A DNA stretch of 38,424 nt, taken from Nonlabens sp. Its GTDB lineage: Bacteria; Bacteroidota; Bacteroidia; Flavobacteriales; Flavobacteriaceae. The position numbers and the translations under genes are program-made. Of the stretch, positions 37,166-38,424 are shown one piece after another. Every line of letters begins with the position of its first letter. The first letter of the stretch is position 1. Under the pieces are notes generated by a model. That model had not been told where the DNA came from and ran no database searches. It saw nothing but the letters and a program-made list of their open reading frames with translations. The stretch covers positions 1-38,424 of the forward strand of contig JALZUY010000089.1 in assembly GCA_023301395.1 (NCBI GenBank), given 5' to 3'.

Positions 37166-37359
37166 TTATTAAAACTTAGATTCACAAACTTAAGATTCTA
37201 AAGTCAATAAAATCATGTCTAGAACAATCTTTGACCTTTTTAGGAGCTTTAAGGACTTTAGAACACCTTAGACTAATCTTTATAGTTATAAAAAAAATAC
37301 TAATTTAGTAAGGCTAAGTAATCCTTAACTTACTTAAATAAACAAGGCTTAAAAATCCC

Positions 37360-37806
37360 ATGACTCAAAGATTCACAAACGCCATTACTAAACTATATGA
37401 TGCTTTCCATAATGGAACATTGCATCCAGAATGTGCATGTCAATGTGCAGTAGGAAACATATGTGATAATAATGATGCCTGGAAACACTTATCAGATGAT
37501 CATGGAAGTTTAAATTTAAACTACATAGGAATCGTTAATGAAAAGCTAGGTAAGAGACTATACGGCTATAAACCGTCTGAATTACTAAGAATTGAACAAG
37601 CATTTCTTCAAGGCTGCGGTTATCAATTACCTTTAAAACACAATCATTTTAAACCGTCAAATCCAGAAGACAGGAATCTACAGTTTGAAGGTTTATGTGG
37701 AGCAATCATCATAATGTGCAAACTAGAAGGGATTAATGATATTACAGACTACACAAAGTTATTTGAGAATGAGGACCAGCTGTCTAAACATTCCATAGAA
37801 GCCTAG
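37360..37806 (+). CDS. Conserved hypothetical protein with CxCxCAVGNIC motif
   Basis: 148 aa ORF divergent from kdgK; Cys cluster suggests metal binding; function unknown. Confidence 0.7.
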   Translation: MTQRFTNAITKLYDAFHNGTLHPECACQCAVGNICDNNDAWKHLSDDHGSLNLNYIGIVNEKLGKRLYGYKPSELLRIEQAFLQGCGYQLPLKHNHFKPSNPEDRNLQFEGLCGAIIIMCKLEGINDITDYTKLFENEDQLSKHSIEA

Positions 37807-37846
37807 TCTTTAAAATGTTCTTACTCTTAAGAGATTATAACTATTT

Positions 37847-38409
37847 TTAATATTTCTGTTTTATAGCAAATTCCTTTTCAATAATGCGATCCATACAATT
37901 TATTCCATCTATGGCTGCACTTATGATTCCACCAGCATATCCTGCGCCTTCGGCACATGGATATAGACCTTTAATCTCAATGTGTTCTAGAGTCATTAAA
38001 TCTCTAGGTATTTTAACTGGAGAAGAGGTTCTACTTTCTGGAGCATGTAAAACCGCATCAGTAGTTAAATACCCTTTCATCTTATTTCCAAAAGCTACAA
38101 AAGCTTTCCTCAATCTACTCGCTAGCATATCCGGTAAGACTTCATTCAAGTCAACAGCCGTTAATCCTGGCTGGTAAGATGTTTTAGGAAAATCTGTAGA
38201 TATTTTTCCTGCGATAAAATCAGTCATGCGTTGTGCAGGAACTTTTTGAGTCTTTCCGGCAGCAACCCAGCAATCATACTCTACTTTCTTTTGAAAATCC
38301 AGACATACAAAAGGATCATTCTCTTTAAAATCAGGTAAATCTTGTGGTGTGACACTTACTACTATACCGCTATTTGAATATGGATTATTACGTTTACTAG
38401 GGCTCCACC
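37847..38409 (-). CDS. FAD/NAD(P)-dependent oxidoreductase, C-terminal part (5'-truncated)
   Basis: Frame open to contig end (WSPSKRNNPYSNSG...); ESRTSSPVKIPR and GLYPCAEGAGYAGGIISAAIDG motifs. Confidence 0.85.
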
Positions 38410-38424
38410 AGATCGGAAGAGCAC
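38410..38424 (+). other. Illumina TruSeq adapter remnant (artefact)
   Basis: AGATCGGAAGAGCAC at the very end of the sequence. Confidence 0.95.

Noticed and set aside
1-38424. tRNA, rRNA, prophage or anti-phage defence genes
   Set aside because: None recognisable; nearly all sequence is accounted for by protein-coding genes.

Overview
AT-rich Bacteroidota (Flavobacteriaceae-like, probably a marine genus such as Nonlabens; inferred from T9SS cargo, SusC/SusD, TAnnTTTG promoters) contig fragment. 1-3416: polyamine operon (speA, 5'-truncated; speB; deoxyhypusine-synthase-like gene; small acidic protein). 3468-4252: complete IS6-family element. About 4480-37165: a large alginate utilisation locus. 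It has two PL6 lyases, PL7, PL17, KdgF, an SDR (DEH reductase-like), KdgK, Eda, SusC/SusD, an IPT/TIG lipoprotein and a GntR/FadR regulator with three visible operators. Atypical members are a TRAP transporter, a hybrid two-component system, a CE7 esterase with a premature TGA right after its catalytic His, an unclassified jelly-roll lyase-like protein and a twin lamin-tail-domain T9SS protein. Across the whole window lies a GC-rich 14-16 bp palindrome (C)GCTTTCGCGAAAGC(G), present 8-9 times inside unrelated genes in all three reading frames and in intergenic DNA. The last 15 bases are an Illumina adapter.
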